Under the pieces are notes generated by a model. It saw nothing but the letters and a program-made list of their open reading frames with translations, searched no databases and was not told the origin of the DNA. From an uncultured archaeon (GTDB taxonomy: Archaea; Asgardarchaeota; Lokiarchaeia; Sigyniarchaeales; SOKP01): 64,000 nt of DNA. Every line of letters begins with the position of its first letter. The stretch's first letter is position 1. Location: contig CAZALK010000003.1 of NCBI GenBank assembly GCA_964486045.1, positions 224,001 through 288,000 on the forward strand, written 5' to 3'. The translations under genes and the position numbers were made by a program. Shown piece after piece: positions 20,102-29,598 of this stretch.

Positions 20102-21208
20102 ATGAGTTTAGGAAAAGAAATTGAAATAAGGGACGAACTAATAAGAATCTTTAATGAAGTTCAAGGAGATAAGGTTTACGATTTCATTCTTGATGTTGTA
20201 TTAAAAGTCTTAGAAAGCACTTACGGTGTATTTTGCTATCTAAACTACGATCGTAAAATCGTTTGTCTCTCCATAGAAAAAAATTCTTGGACCGAGCATC
20301 AATTACCTGAAAAGGCAATGCTTCTAACTCAAGATGATTGGTTAGATATTTGGGGACGATCTGTTCTTGAAAAAGATACATTCGTTTCGCATGATCCATT
20401 TAATATGCCCGGAAGTAAAATTATTATTCAAAACCTGCTAGATGTCCCTATTTCGCATCGAAAGACCGTTCTAGGTCATATTCTTATAGCAAACAAATCA
20501 TCAAATTTTACTGATAAAGATACAAGTCTATTAGAAACTATTACAAATTATATTTTTCCTCTGTTAAAGTTAAGATTAAAACAGGAGAGTACTCAAAAGA
20601 AATTAATAGAATCCAAAAGAGCCTTAAAGAAATATAGGGAAAAATTTGATGAAGTCGATAAACAAATAATGTATCAATTATATTTAGATGGGAAAAAAAG
20701 CCCGCTTCATATGGAAAATGATGTTTTTAAAGCAAATAAGAAAAAAATGAGTCATGTGGGAATAAAGAATCGAATAGCAAAATTATTGGATTCTAAGACT
20801 TTAAACATTCAAGGAAATGTAAATTTTAAAAAAATTGGGGTTAAAGCCGCTTTTATTAAGTTTGAATTTGAAAATTTTGATTTTATTGATGATTTTATTG
20901 AGAAGTATACTCATTGTCCCCGAGTATTTATGATATCAAAAATTACTGGCCAATTTCATATTATAATATGTGTAATGGGTATGAGTTTAGCAGAGATAAA
21001 TGATTTTGTTAATCAGCGAATTTTAGAGGATAAAAAACAAATTAAATCTTCAAGCACGGTGTTTGCTTCAGAATTGATAAAGCCACAATTCTTTCCTCTA
21101 AAGATAGTTGGAGATTTTTATGAAAATATATATTTAAATAAAACTTGCAAAGCATTTTCTAAAAATCTCTGTAATGGATGCAATATTTTAAAATTTGATG
21201 GAACCTAA
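20102..21208 (+). CDS. GAF-domain + Lrp/AsnC-type transcriptional regulator with C-terminal Cys cluster
   Basis: GAF (LLDVPI..LGHILIANK...FTDKD..LLETI), DEVDKQIM, SHVGIKNRIAKL, HCPRV..ISKITGQFH, CKAFSKNLCNGC. Confidence 0.8.
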   Translation: MSLGKEIEIRDELIRIFNEVQGDKVYDFILDVVLKVLESTYGVFCYLNYDRKIVCLSIEKNSWTEHQLPEKAMLLTQDDWLDIWGRSVLEKDTFVSHDPFNMPGSKIIIQNLLDVPISHRKTVLGHILIANKSSNFTDKDTSLLETITNYIFPLLKLRLKQESTQKKLIESKRALKKYREKFDEVDKQIMYQLYLDGKKSPLHMENDVFKANKKKMSHVGIKNRIAKLLDSKTLNIQGNVNFKKIGVKAAFIKFEFENFDFIDDFIEKYTHCPRVFMISKITGQFHIIICVMGMSLAEINDFVNQRILEDKKQIKSSSTVFASELIKPQFFPLKIVGDFYENIYLNKTCKAFSKNLCNGCNILKFDGT

Positions 21209-21282
21209 AAAAAGTGGAATGACAATTTCTAAAAAAAATGATAATATATGGATTATTTAAACCACCGCAGAATTTTGTTATA

Positions 21283-21891
21283 CTATAACAGGCCATCAAT
21301 TTCAGTTGTAACTTTGCTATAAAAGTTATCGGTTCCAACAATTTTTTTAATAAAATTACCGTTTTTGTCCATAACTATTGTTGTAGGAGTATAGGAAACG
21401 CTCCATGGACTACGACTACTAATTGAATGCGAAATATCATCTCGTACAATATCCCAATTAGCATTAAGTGTATTCCTCCAATTATATAAACCACCATTAG
21501 AATCCGCGGGATCGATAGTTATAGTTAGGATGTAGAGTTGAGTGTTTGAATAATCATCTTCGATAACTGCCAAATAAGGATCCGCGACTTTACAGTAAGG
21601 ACAATTAAGATAAAAGAAATAAAGAAGAACTACTTTTCCTTGATGAGATGATAATTTAATTGTACTTCCATCAATATCTTGAAAAGTTATACCAGAGGGA
21701 TTTAATTCCTCCTCAATATTTCTACCAGAATAATCGATTGCAATTCCAATAACAAGTGCGATAGAAATTACTCCAATAATGATAAATAAAGGTGTAAATT
21801 TCTTAGATAACGCTTTTCCTTCTTTTTTTCGGATTCTACTTTCGTATCTTTTTTTTGCATCTCTTGCTTCCTTAGGGTTATACTTTGGCAT
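21283..21891 (-). CDS. Membrane-anchored TlpA/redoxin-family thiol-disulfide oxidoreductase
   Basis: TM, FQDIDGSTIKLS.HQGKVVLLYF, CPYC, YTPTTIVMDKNG. Confidence 0.88.
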   Translation of the reverse strand: MPKYNPKEARDAKKRYESRIRKKEGKALSKKFTPLFIIIGVISIALVIGIAIDYSGRNIEEELNPSGITFQDIDGSTIKLSSHQGKVVLLYFFYLNCPYCKVADPYLAVIEDDYSNTQLYILTITIDPADSNGGLYNWRNTLNANWDIVRDDISHSISSRSPWSVSYTPTTIVMDKNGNFIKKIVGTDNFYSKVTTEIDGLL

Positions 21892-22373
21892 CCTTTATCA
21901 ATTTTTATTTTATGGTTAATTTTGAACTTTTTTTTTAATTAGACTTAATAACTAAAAAGACAATTTTGTAAATCGTATTTAAATGTAATGTTTATACTCC
22001 ATAATTTCACTCTTGCAGTGTGCGCAAGCAATATTTTCAGCTCAAATGGTTGGAAAACAACTGTTTATAATAATTGCTCTGTACGCAGTTTTAATGATGA
22101 TAACCTATATTCACTCTTTGATATTGACTTTCCTCATGACTTAACTTTTCATTAAAGGTTTTATCTAATCTATTCTAAAATCATTGAAAAATTTCTTGGA
22201 TATATTTTATTTTTGAGTTATATATAGAAATATATATTCTTTTAATTTTATAAGATAAGGTAATAATTTCAAGTGAAAAACGCTAAAGTAATCAAAACTT
22301 TTAAATATATAGTTTTATATATAATAATTGGAGATTGTTAATAAATCTTAATGGGGTGATAAAGCACAAGAAA

Positions 22374-22478
22374 ATGAACGCTAAAATGATGTATGAGATT
22401 ATTATGGCAGCAATTGGGCTATCTTCACTTGCCATGCTTGGCTATGTCTTGTTGCTACTTCTCGGGATCTTTCTGTAA
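22374..22478 (+). CDS. 34-aa single-TM small protein (not in track)
   Basis: MNAKMMYEIIMAAIGLSSLAMLGYVLLLLLGIFL; upstream AAAACTTTTAAATA promoter-like sequence and GGGGTGA SD. Confidence 0.6.
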   Translation: MNAKMMYEIIMAAIGLSSLAMLGYVLLLLLGIFL

Positions 22479-22608
22479 AAATTTAGTTCTGTAAAACTTA
22501 ATCTATCCTCATAGATAGCTACTGAATTTCTTAATAACCAAAAAAATAGATCTTCAGTTTGAAAAATAATGATCTTTCTAAAATCAAAATCCTTTTCAAT
22601 ATCAAAAT

Positions 22609-22705
22609 TAAGGAAGGACTAAGGGAACTAGGTTTAATAAAATGATTTCCCCTTTTTCTTCTCCCATCTAATATTAATTCTAAGTGCATTAGGTAGTGAA
22701 CTTAT
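22609..22705 (+). repeat. Structured dispersed repeat copy B
   Basis: Reverse-complement match to 11725-11813. Confidence 0.8.
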
Positions 22706-22910
22706 CTTTTTAGCTAATGAGTAGAATGAAATTAAAAAAATTAAAAAGCCTAAGATAAGATCTGATGTGGTTAAATATATCAATAAATCTCCACAAGGAA
22801 TTAAAGTTGACTCATTCATACAAAGAAATTATCTAATGATAAATAATTAAATTAATTTACAAAAATGAGAGTTGAAATTGATTATTAACTTTTACAGCTT
22901 CCCTTTTATA

Positions 22911-23648
22911 TCATTTTGGGATTATTCTTGGCTTTATTAAAGCCGTAAGTGAAAGAGGGATTACCCAGATCAGGATTGAGAAAAGTAACATCCACTCTAA
23001 TAATGGAGTACTGTCTATTAGATTCAAAATAGAAACAATTAATGGTCCAAATATTCCATAGACCCCTAGAATTTTGGGAATTTTAGTATCATATAAAACA
23101 ATTAACCAGCCCATAAAGAAAGCACCAAAAGTAAATCCACCAAAAGCTAGATACGACATAATACCATGAGGTCCCTGGCCTAAAATGGACAAGACTTCAT
23201 AGTCACGGTCTGCAGAAAAGATACCTACTCCAATATACCCTATATTTCCGATTATACTGAATAAAAAGGCAAAACTACTTAATCGAAAACGCAATCGAGA
23301 ATGGTGCCGATCTCTCAAATCTGTTTCTTTAGGTAATGGAGCAAGTGTTTTTTCCATGTAGAAAGTAAGCGGAATAGTCATAGATCCAGCAATTATACAT
23401 GCAATATCATATAAAATTGGGGCAGGAGTGTGATTGAATGATCCAAGATCAGAAATCCAGTTATCCCAAATAGTATATCCATCTGGATCGAAAATCGCAG
23501 CTATGAGAACTCCTATTATAAGCAGTGATATATAGCCTACCATAACAACCATGGCGCAGCGTTTCACTAAAGTGGGATTAGTAACAACATTGTAGAATCT
23601 TGCCCTACCTTTATTAATTGATTGCCGAATTGTCATAACGTATTTCAT
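22911..23648 (-). CDS. DUF998-like multi-pass membrane protein
   Basis: GYTIWDNWISDLG, VGIFS, H...S.LAF and EW motifs. Confidence 0.75.
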   Translation of the reverse strand: MKYVMTIRQSINKGRARFYNVVTNPTLVKRCAMVVMVGYISLLIIGVLIAAIFDPDGYTIWDNWISDLGSFNHTPAPILYDIACIIAGSMTIPLTFYMEKTLAPLPKETDLRDRHHSRLRFRLSSFAFLFSIIGNIGYIGVGIFSADRDYEVLSILGQGPHGIMSYLAFGGFTFGAFFMGWLIVLYDTKIPKILGVYGIFGPLIVSILNLIDSTPLLEWMLLFSILIWVIPLSLTALIKPRIIPK

Positions 23649-23935
23649 AATGTATATAACTTAAATAGAATGTAAAAATGTCCTTGCCTTTATAGTAGTA
23701 AAATCCTAATTAATGGTAAAAGCATAGAATTAAAACTAAAGAAAAAATGCATTTATTGTAGTTTGATTCAGGTTTTATAATCGAATACCACTTAGAAGCA
23801 CAAATTTCTAACGGATCCAGTAGTAATAAACTGTGGTTATGTCATATTTGGTAAATATTTTTATAGGTCATGATCTATTTTGATAATAGTTGAAGCTAAA
23901 AATAAAATCTCTCAAAAATACTGTAGGCTTATTGA

Positions 23936-25534
23936 ATGACAAAACCAAAGATTCTCCCAAGTGAAATATACCAGAGAATAGAAGAATTTGGATTAAAAAC
24001 TTCAGTAGGTATGCTAACAGATATAATTGAATTAGATAGAGACGATAAAAGAAGGATAGAATCACTCAAATATTTAGCATTAATGAGCCATAACTCGCCA
24101 TCAATCGAGACCGAGTGCTATGACATATTTGAAAGTATATTAGTGTCTGAAGAAAAGGTTGGAATAAGATGCGAAGCCGCGAAAGCTTTAGGAACAATAA
24201 AACATGAAAAAGGATTAGACCCATTAAAATGGGTATTAGAACAAAACCAAATTAACAATCAAACGAAATTGTCTGTTTTAAATGCAATTAGAAAAATCAG
24301 GTTTCAAGAACCAGAAGCTCAACTCTTTATTAATGAATTAGATAGCAATTTTGGGTCAATAAAGGAATATGTTTCAATTCAGTTATTAAGCTTAAATCCT
24401 GAAATATTAATACCTGTGCTATTAGATTCGTTAAAAAACAAAGATTATTCAAATCAACACAAAATCGAATTAGTAAAATTACTTGGGTTAAAATTAACAA
24501 GTATCAATATATCTTCTGATAACGTCAGCGATATAATAGGTGATAATCATCAGATTTTAACTAATCTAATTCAAAACAAAATAAATTTACTTGACATAAT
24601 TACATTGATATTAAGAGAAGAAGATAAGGAATTAATGAATTCTGCTATTACAATTTTAAAAATATTGGAAGAAGAAATTGAAACTAATTTAATAGAACTG
24701 GCATTAATCGATGATTTTAGGGTAAAGAAGAACGCTATTGTTTTAATTGGTAAATTAAAACTTAAGAATGCTGTCGATTTACTCATTACTAATTTAGATA
24801 ATATCTATAATGAGGTTATTATTGCTTCAATTGAAAGTTTAAGCGAAATTGGAGATATATCAGCTGTACCTGAACTGTTAAATATTTTAGATATTGAAGA
24901 TGCAAGTTTTGAATTCTTAGATTTTAGTTTTTTTTCATATATTTTAGACGCAGTGAAGAAAATTTATTTAAATAATAAAAATACTCCCTATGATTATTTG
25001 TATGCGTCTTTAGCTAAAGATAATAACGTTCTTAAAGAGAGCATAGCCTATATTTTCGGGGAACTAGGGGAAGACGAGTTTATCGGTCCATTAACAGATT
25101 TATTGAGCGTTCCAAACTTAGATGTGAAAAAAAATGCAATCATCGCATTAGGAAAAATAGGAAATGTCACTCCGTTAGAGCATTTGATTAATGTATTAAC
25201 TGATGATAATTCTTATTGGTTGATAAAAAAGGTAACAGTTGATGCAATCTATACCATATTTCAGAATAATTGGTATAGAGTACAAGACGATGTGAAGGAT
25301 ATCCGAAGAATTTTAAATAAAAATATTGCTGAGTTAGTTGACTATTTAGGAAATTCAGGAGAAGAAAACTTTAAAGTTAAATTAAGTTTAATTAGGCTAT
25401 TGGAAACTTATGGAGATGACCATTCATTAAGTGCCTTACTTAAAAGGGTTAACGATTTCCATAGAATTGTCAGGATTCGTGCTTCTGATGCTATTAAAAG
25501 GATCCAAGAAAGACTTGAATTAGAAAATAATTAA
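23936..25534 (+). CDS. HEAT-repeat (PBS-lyase-like) protein
   Basis: Repeated VKKNAIIALGKIG / IRCEAAKALGTI / VRIRASDAI. Confidence 0.88.
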   Translation: MTKPKILPSEIYQRIEEFGLKTSVGMLTDIIELDRDDKRRIESLKYLALMSHNSPSIETECYDIFESILVSEEKVGIRCEAAKALGTIKHEKGLDPLKWVLEQNQINNQTKLSVLNAIRKIRFQEPEAQLFINELDSNFGSIKEYVSIQLLSLNPEILIPVLLDSLKNKDYSNQHKIELVKLLGLKLTSINISSDNVSDIIGDNHQILTNLIQNKINLLDIITLILREEDKELMNSAITILKILEEEIETNLIELALIDDFRVKKNAIVLIGKLKLKNAVDLLITNLDNIYNEVIIASIESLSEIGDISAVPELLNILDIEDASFEFLDFSFFSYILDAVKKIYLNNKNTPYDYLYASLAKDNNVLKESIAYIFGELGEDEFIGPLTDLLSVPNLDVKKNAIIALGKIGNVTPLEHLINVLTDDNSYWLIKKVTVDAIYTIFQNNWYRVQDDVKDIRRILNKNIAELVDYLGNSGEENFKVKLSLIRLLETYGDDHSLSALLKRVNDFHRIVRIRASDAIKRIQERLELENN

Positions 25535-25671
25535 TCTAATTTTTTCTAGAAATGTGCTCTCAATTGTTCTAATCTCAAAAGTGAATTTAACCATAATTTT
25601 CTTATGCTCTATTTTATGTTAATTTCGGATTTTGAGATGCAAATCTGGGTTTAGATTATTTCTGGTCCACA

Positions 25672-25736
25672 TTTTCTGTAGAAATATATTTGTGTGGTAT
25701 TGTAAAAATTTGTACGGAAAGCTTAAATATTCTGGA
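25672..25736 (+). repeat. Promoter-containing direct repeat (copy 2 at 27048-27112)
   Basis: ttttc(t/a)gtagaaatatatt(t/a)gtgtggtat(t/c)gtaaaaat...cttaaatatt(c/t)tgga. Confidence 0.75.
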
Positions 25737-25776
25737 GTAATTAAAATGCTTACTTGCACTCATTTAAAAACTAGAG

Positions 25777-26826
25777 TTGAACATGTTTATTCCCAATCAC
25801 AAGTTCGGTCAAATAACCGTTGCGAAAGTAAACAACTCCGATGAATTAAAGCAGATATTGACTGATCCTTGGCTCGAATCCGAGACCATCATTATCAAAC
25901 CGAACTGGGGGTCAAATCAACCAGCCCAATTCAACGATTCCAAGACTATAAGAATGATTTTAGAGACCTTTGACTCCCATATCGTGGTCACGGAGTCACA
26001 CGTACATTCCTTTAGTCCTCCTAAGGAGGGAGGGAGTATCACCATCGGAGATAAAGAAGTCAACTGGGAATGGGTCCTAAAGGGTGAGGGATGGAACTGG
26101 CTCATCGAAAACCCAGACTGGGATTGGCTCAAGAAAGACGAGTACTGGAATCAGCTCAAAAAGGCGGAAAAAGCCTTCCTTGACGAATTTGGTTTCACCG
26201 ATCTCTTTAAAGAGTTCGGTGTCAGCTACATCAATGTGACTGATGAGTTCTGGAATGAAAGGATAGCCGATCCAACAGAAGTTAAGAGTTTAGTAGAAGC
26301 ACGCTTCAAACCGGTCAAAATAGATAAGCTTTATAGTATGGTCCCGAAGAAACTTTACGATCTGCGTGGATCGACATTTATCAGCTTAGCTAAGCTGAAA
26401 CATTATGCCTCTTTTACTATAAAGAACATTTTTGGAATGATACCTGATCCGATAAGACCTTGGTGGCATGGACCAAAAAATAGTAGGATTGTTACAAGCA
26501 TTATCGATATCAACAAAATTTACCATTCTTTATTCAATGTTTATGGGATATGTGACGCTTTGAACGCTACTGCTTTCCCTCACCCCGAAGGCAAGTTTGA
26601 ATTTATTGGTAAGTATAACATTATAAAGGCCTTTGGGGTTGTGGCCTTTGGTAGACATCTTGTATCTCTTGACGCTATCCTCCTTAACCTCACTGATCAA
26701 TGGATTACGGTGGTACCAAAGTTAAATAAAGTACCAATTGACATCGCCCAAAAGGAGTTCGGACCCTATGATAAGGAATTCCTCAAAGAATCAAAATTGA
26801 AGGTGGGGGACTGGTTATCGCCCTAG
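25777..26826 (+). CDS. DUF362-like protein, compositionally foreign (more GC-rich)
   Basis: IIIKPNW, VVTES, FISLAKLK, TIKNIFG, LVSLDA motifs. Confidence 0.75.
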   Translation: MNMFIPNHKFGQITVAKVNNSDELKQILTDPWLESETIIIKPNWGSNQPAQFNDSKTIRMILETFDSHIVVTESHVHSFSPPKEGGSITIGDKEVNWEWVLKGEGWNWLIENPDWDWLKKDEYWNQLKKAEKAFLDEFGFTDLFKEFGVSYINVTDEFWNERIADPTEVKSLVEARFKPVKIDKLYSMVPKKLYDLRGSTFISLAKLKHYASFTIKNIFGMIPDPIRPWWHGPKNSRIVTSIIDINKIYHSLFNVYGICDALNATAFPHPEGKFEFIGKYNIIKAFGVVAFGRHLVSLDAILLNLTDQWITVVPKLNKVPIDIAQKEFGPYDKEFLKESKLKVGDWLSP

Positions 26827-27047
26827 CTATACTGACGAAATCTAATTGTATTTTTATTTTTATGAAGAATTTAATTGTCTAATATTGTTGCCTCTTAAAA
26901 CTTAGAGAAGATCCTCATCTAAATCTTTATTAAATTTCATAAAATGTTTGAGTTATAGTTATGATGCAAATGCGAACATCCAGAAGTGATTAGTGGTCAG
27001 GATGTCTGTGCTAAAAAGAATTTGAGTGAGGAAGATAGTTTATTAAC

Positions 27048-27112
27048 TTTTCAGTAGAAATATATTAGTGTGGTATCGTAAAAATCTAAATAAAAAACTT
27101 AAATATTTTGGA
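27048..27112 (+). repeat. Promoter-containing direct repeat copy 2
   Basis: See 25672-25736. Confidence 0.75.
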
Positions 27113-27203
27113 AGTGTATGACAGTATAATCTAGTCTTCCCCCTGATTTTCGATATTATCTTTTTCAATAGACGCATCAAAAATATCGAAGATTTTGATT
27201 TAT

Positions 27204-27896
27204 CTATATATCTTGCATCCATACTCTAAAGTTTGAAAACTTAATACTAAATTCTTTAAACTTATTTACAACCAGTAATAATCCTTTTTCAGGTATAATA
27301 AATGAACCCCGTCCTAATTTCATTCCCTGCAATTTTTTTACTATCCCTTCTTTTTTATATTTGTATAATTTCTCTGAATATTTCTTAGTAGTTTTATATC
27401 CATATAGTATTCTTTTTAGTTTCATTTTATCCGAACTATTAAGTGCTCTTAGATTTAAAGTTATGATTTGATATGGCTTAAATTCAAGAGTTTTTATTAA
27501 AATTTCATAATAATTAGAATTCCCATAAAGCAATTGTCCTTCTGCCAAGATATTTTCAATAAAAATTCTATCCCAGTTATTTATATCCTCCGGTAAAAAG
27601 AACACACATTGGATGGAGAGGTTTAAATCTTTTCCTAGGCTTAAAAAATAGTTAAAAATAGTATTTTGCAACATTTTAGGAGTATTTTGCTTAAATAAAA
27701 TACAGATGTCAATATCACTCTCCTTATTAAATTTTCCTGAAGCCAAAGAGCCAAATAATACAATACTTTCAATCTCTTTAAATTCGGAGAGTTTGCTGCC
27801 TATAAAATTTTTGATTTTATTTATAAGCTTCTCCAATTTTGGATTTTTTCCATAATCTTCAATCTGGTTTTTTTCAAATTTTATATTAAGAGCCAA
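27204..27896 (-). CDS. Minimal nucleotidyltransferase (MNT) antitoxin-like protein with C-terminal extension
   Basis: IVLFGSLASG...ESDIDI, ILAEGQLLY. Confidence 0.85.
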   Translation of the reverse strand: MALNIKFEKNQIEDYGKNPKLEKLINKIKNFIGSKLSEFKEIESIVLFGSLASGKFNKESDIDICILFKQNTPKMLQNTIFNYFLSLGKDLNLSIQCVFFLPEDINNWDRIFIENILAEGQLLYGNSNYYEILIKTLEFKPYQIITLNLRALNSSDKMKLKRILYGYKTTKKYSEKLYKYKKEGIVKKLQGMKLGRGSFIIPEKGLLLVVNKFKEFSIKFSNFRVWMQDI

Positions 27897-27897
27897 C

Positions 27898-28257
27898 TTA
27901 TAACACCTTTTTACATATCTCTTCTAATTTGTAATATTTCTCCTTTAATTCATTAAAATCATCATCTGTCCAACTAAATCCATAAGTAAATTTTGGACGA
28001 ATTTTATTTTCAATATCTTGAAATAATCGCCATACATTTTCTGTTTCCTTTTCAAAGATATTAGGATTATTTTCTAAAACGATCCTTACTTTTTGATGTT
28101 TGTTAACATGTATTCGATATTTCGCAGCGCAGCATTCAATTAAATGAAATATCGAAAGAAAATATAATTCTGCTCTAGAAGGCTTTGAATTAACCTCATT
28201 TTCAGCATCTTTTTTAAAATTCAAATATGATTTTTTATGATTTTCAAATTTACTCAT
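27898..28257 (-). CDS. HEPN-like protein, partner of MNT (start likely 28257 or 28266, not 28356)
   Basis: All-helical, ELYFLSIFHLIE...H...IRPKFTYG; 1 nt from the MNT gene. Confidence 0.65.
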   Translation of the reverse strand: MSKFENHKKSYLNFKKDAENEVNSKPSRAELYFLSIFHLIECCAAKYRIHVNKHQKVRIVLENNPNIFEKETENVWRLFQDIENKIRPKFTYGFSWTDDDFNELKEKYYKLEEICKKVL

Positions 28258-28452
28258 ATTTAACATCAATTCATTTTTCGTAATATAATAATGCGAAAGA
28301 ATATATAAATATTTACCCTTATTTTTTATGCAATTTAAAGCCATAGGGAAGTGCATAACATAATTTAATATATTCTCGTAATGAAAATTTGTTTGAAGGA
28401 GAACATTCTTTATATCCTTGATTTCATTTTTTTTTATTTAGATTTATAACTC

Positions 28453-28588
28453 ATTTCTAATTAGGAGAGAGTTAGTTTCTTCTCATTATAATAATCTTTT
28501 TTTAACATAATCTATAATATTTATTTGAAATTTTTAATTTTGTAATTTCAAACTTTAGTTTACAAGAATTATCATGACAGAGGTTAAA
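28453..28588 (+). repeat. Diverged duplicate of the frhB (29599) promoter and first five codons
   Basis: Aligns with 29480-29613, including caagaattatcATGAC; MTEVK versus MTEDK. Confidence 0.8.
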
Positions 28589-28641
28589 GGTAAAATGAAA
28601 GCGATTTTATACGCCAAATACGTTAAATTGGAGAATTCTGT

Positions 28642-29307
28642 ATGAAAGTTGAAATGTTCTTATCTGGTTTTCTCTTTCTGTTTATTATAATTACAAACAT
28701 TGCAAGTGTGAGATTTGGGAATAAAACTTTTAGTGATTTGGACTCAGATGCTAAACTGCAGGAGATTAACAATGATCCAAAAAAATTCAAAATTAGTATC
28801 GTGTTAATACTCATAGAGCACGTTAGCATAATATCTCTTGCTGTAACGTTGTTTATTGCTTTTAGTCCATATAACGTAATACTTGGAATTGTTTGGGCTA
28901 TCTTTCGAATAGGAGAAGGTTTGATCCAAATCTACAATAAGAAAAACTTTTGGGGACTTCTCAATATAGCAAAACAATACTCAAGTACTAGTGGTGCTGA
29001 AAAAAATGCGTCAATTGATTCAGGTCGTAGCATTCTCAAAACAAAAAACTCTAGTTTCACATTTGCCCAAATCTTATTCTCCATTGGTACTCTTGCATAC
29101 TCAATCCTGTTTGCTACATATGGAGTTGTACCCGCATTTATTGGTTGGTTTGGGATTGTTGCTAGCATTCTCTATGGTGCCGGTGCGGGTATAACACTGG
29201 TTAAACCTGACTTTAAAGTCCTGTGGAAAATCGGGGGTTTGTTAATTTTGCTTTATGAAATAGTCTTAGGAGGATGGCTATTGTTATCTCCACTCTTCGT
29301 CCCATAA
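28642..29307 (+). CDS. DUF4386-like membrane protein
   Basis: Multi-TM, FRIGE, VPAFIGWFG, EIVLGGWLL. Confidence 0.75.
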   Translation: MKVEMFLSGFLFLFIIITNIASVRFGNKTFSDLDSDAKLQEINNDPKKFKISIVLILIEHVSIISLAVTLFIAFSPYNVILGIVWAIFRIGEGLIQIYNKKNFWGLLNIAKQYSSTSGAEKNASIDSGRSILKTKNSSFTFAQILFSIGTLAYSILFATYGVVPAFIGWFGIVASILYGAGAGITLVKPDFKVLWKIGGLLILLYEIVLGGWLLLSPLFVP

Positions 29308-29598
29308 CGGACTTGATAAATGCGTTTCTCCTCCGGGGAAGCTAAAATTTTGATATAGGTTGACCCATCAAATTCTAAAAAAGTTCAAAAATATTATCTT
29401 TTTTACTCATGTTGATAAATACTACCTAAAAAAATACTAAAATTTGCAGGTTTTTTTATTTTTTTTAAGCTTTTAATTTATTTCTAAAAAAGAGTGAGAA
29501 GGTTTTTCTCATTATACTAATCTTTTTCTTACATAATTTATTATATTTATTTGAAATTTTAATTTTCTTAATTCATATTCTAGTTTTCAAGAATTATC

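Noticed and set aside
22634-22819. Track ORF of 61 aa as a real gene
   Set aside because: It overlaps the dispersed repeat, whose other copy does not preserve a full ORF; no SD or recognisable motif.
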